Source: Epiperipatus broadwayi (lineage: Eukaryota > Animalia > Onychophora). From it: 64,000 nucleotides of DNA. The position numbers and the translations under genes were made by a program. The DNA is taken from the NCBI GenBank assembly GCA_028023455.1, contig JAQFVV010000003.1, positions 11,532,001 to 11,596,000 of the forward strand, given 5' to 3'. Under the pieces are notes generated by a model, which was not told the origin of the DNA, did no database searches, and saw nothing but the letters and a program-made list of their open reading frames with translations. The first letter of the stretch is position 1. The number at the start of each line of letters is the position of its first letter. Of the stretch, positions 62,943-64,000 are shown one piece after another.

Positions 62943-63247
62943 TATATATATAATAAAAATAAACAACTGGAATAAAATTACAAAAAATTTTTAAATGCTT
63001 ATATAAAATTGAAGATTAATATCCTTTGCTATAGCCAGCTTTGGCATATTCCACCATCTGAAGTAGCAATGCTCTGCCATCTTAAGTAGCAATGCTACTT
63101 AAGATGGTGGAATACGCCAAAGCTGGCTAAGATGGCGGAATACGCCGAAGCTGGCTATAGCAAAGGATATTAATCTTCAATTTGATATAAGCATTTAAAA
63201 AAAAATCTGTAATTTTATTCCAGTGTTTATTATTATACATATATATA
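62943..63247. repeat. ~305-bp palindrome (fold-back/MITE-like) with internal duplications and a 3-nt-loop hairpin
   Basis: Arms 62943-63060 and ~63125-63247. Centre ccatcttaagtagc-aat-gctacttaagatgg (63077-63107). TA runs at both ends. Confidence 0.93.
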
Positions 63248-64000
63248 AAATAAAAATTGTTAAGCTGTATCTTGCTCACTATAAAACTATTTTCATTAGA
63301 AACACTCTGTACTATTATTTATTACTTATAATATTAATACTAAGCTTTACAAGATTTCTCTGACTGTCACTAAATTAAATAATAGTATTATCCATTCTAT
63401 CCAATGTGAAGATAAAATATTATTAAAGATAAACTTCTATCATTAGTTTTTGATTATTAGCCTTCTGATAAAAGACACTGAAATAGTACAATTTCATTCA
63501 ATGATCATCAATAGATGGAAAACTTCAAACAACTTAAAGGTTTTAACTCAAAATAATTTGATTACTAACCCAAGTTATAAAAAAACAGCATGCATATAAT
63601 ATAAAATATTTACAGCTGTATAAATATTTTGATGAGTTTAAAACCTTAGAATATTTCAATATAAGATAATAAAAATGGATAATACCTGGATAGAGAGAGT
63701 ACAAAATCTATAACTTCTTACAAAAATAAATTATTACAATAATAGCTGATCATAGAGGTTTGAAAGAGCTGACACATTTGTCCATTTGTTTATATATTTT
63801 GTCTTTAAATAGTTGGCACAATAGATAATATAATTTAGTTGGCCATTTTTAAATACAAAAACCTTCAGTTAGCAACATAGAGAGTAAAATCAATATTAGT
63901 TAAGGTAAGTTAAAATAAACTTGTTTAATTTTTTTATTTTATTGTAAAATTGAGCATACTAGATAGGTTTTTAATAACAATGATAATAATTTTGTATCTA

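Noticed and set aside
3681-63999. Remaining I/F/K/N/Y-rich 60-100-aa ORFs in the supplied track
   Set aside because: Their composition is what random AT-rich DNA or decayed TEs produce, and none shows a recognisable domain.

Overview
Very AT-rich eukaryotic (animal, probably arthropod) intronic/intergenic DNA. No intact long gene, rRNA, true tRNA or CRISPR array is present. CpG is strongly depleted in old repeats but retained in a putative promoter island at ~28.6-30.8 kb, which implies a methylated genome. The window is mostly decayed transposons: a Buster/Charlie hAT (1-3.2 kb), Merlin and Tc1/mariner fragments, several LINEs (RTE-BovB-like 35.5-38.3 kb, a second RTE 40.1-42.9 kb, smaller pieces), a tRNA-Lys-primed Gypsy (45.1-48.7 kb) cut off in RT by a second Gypsy with two LTRs (48.7-54.6 kb), MITE-like hairpins and tRNA-derived SINE-like pieces. 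The most unusual structure is a young palindromic array of a 399-bp unit (16215-18358) with its axis at 17502 and TA runs at both ends. It is one of many fold-back inversions and templated duplications across the window. I also found phase-compatible chains of short splice-bounded exon candidates on the minus strand, which may be a microexon-rich host gene; these are low confidence and need RNA-seq. All homology calls are by-eye motif recognition, not database searches, and TE boundaries are approximate.
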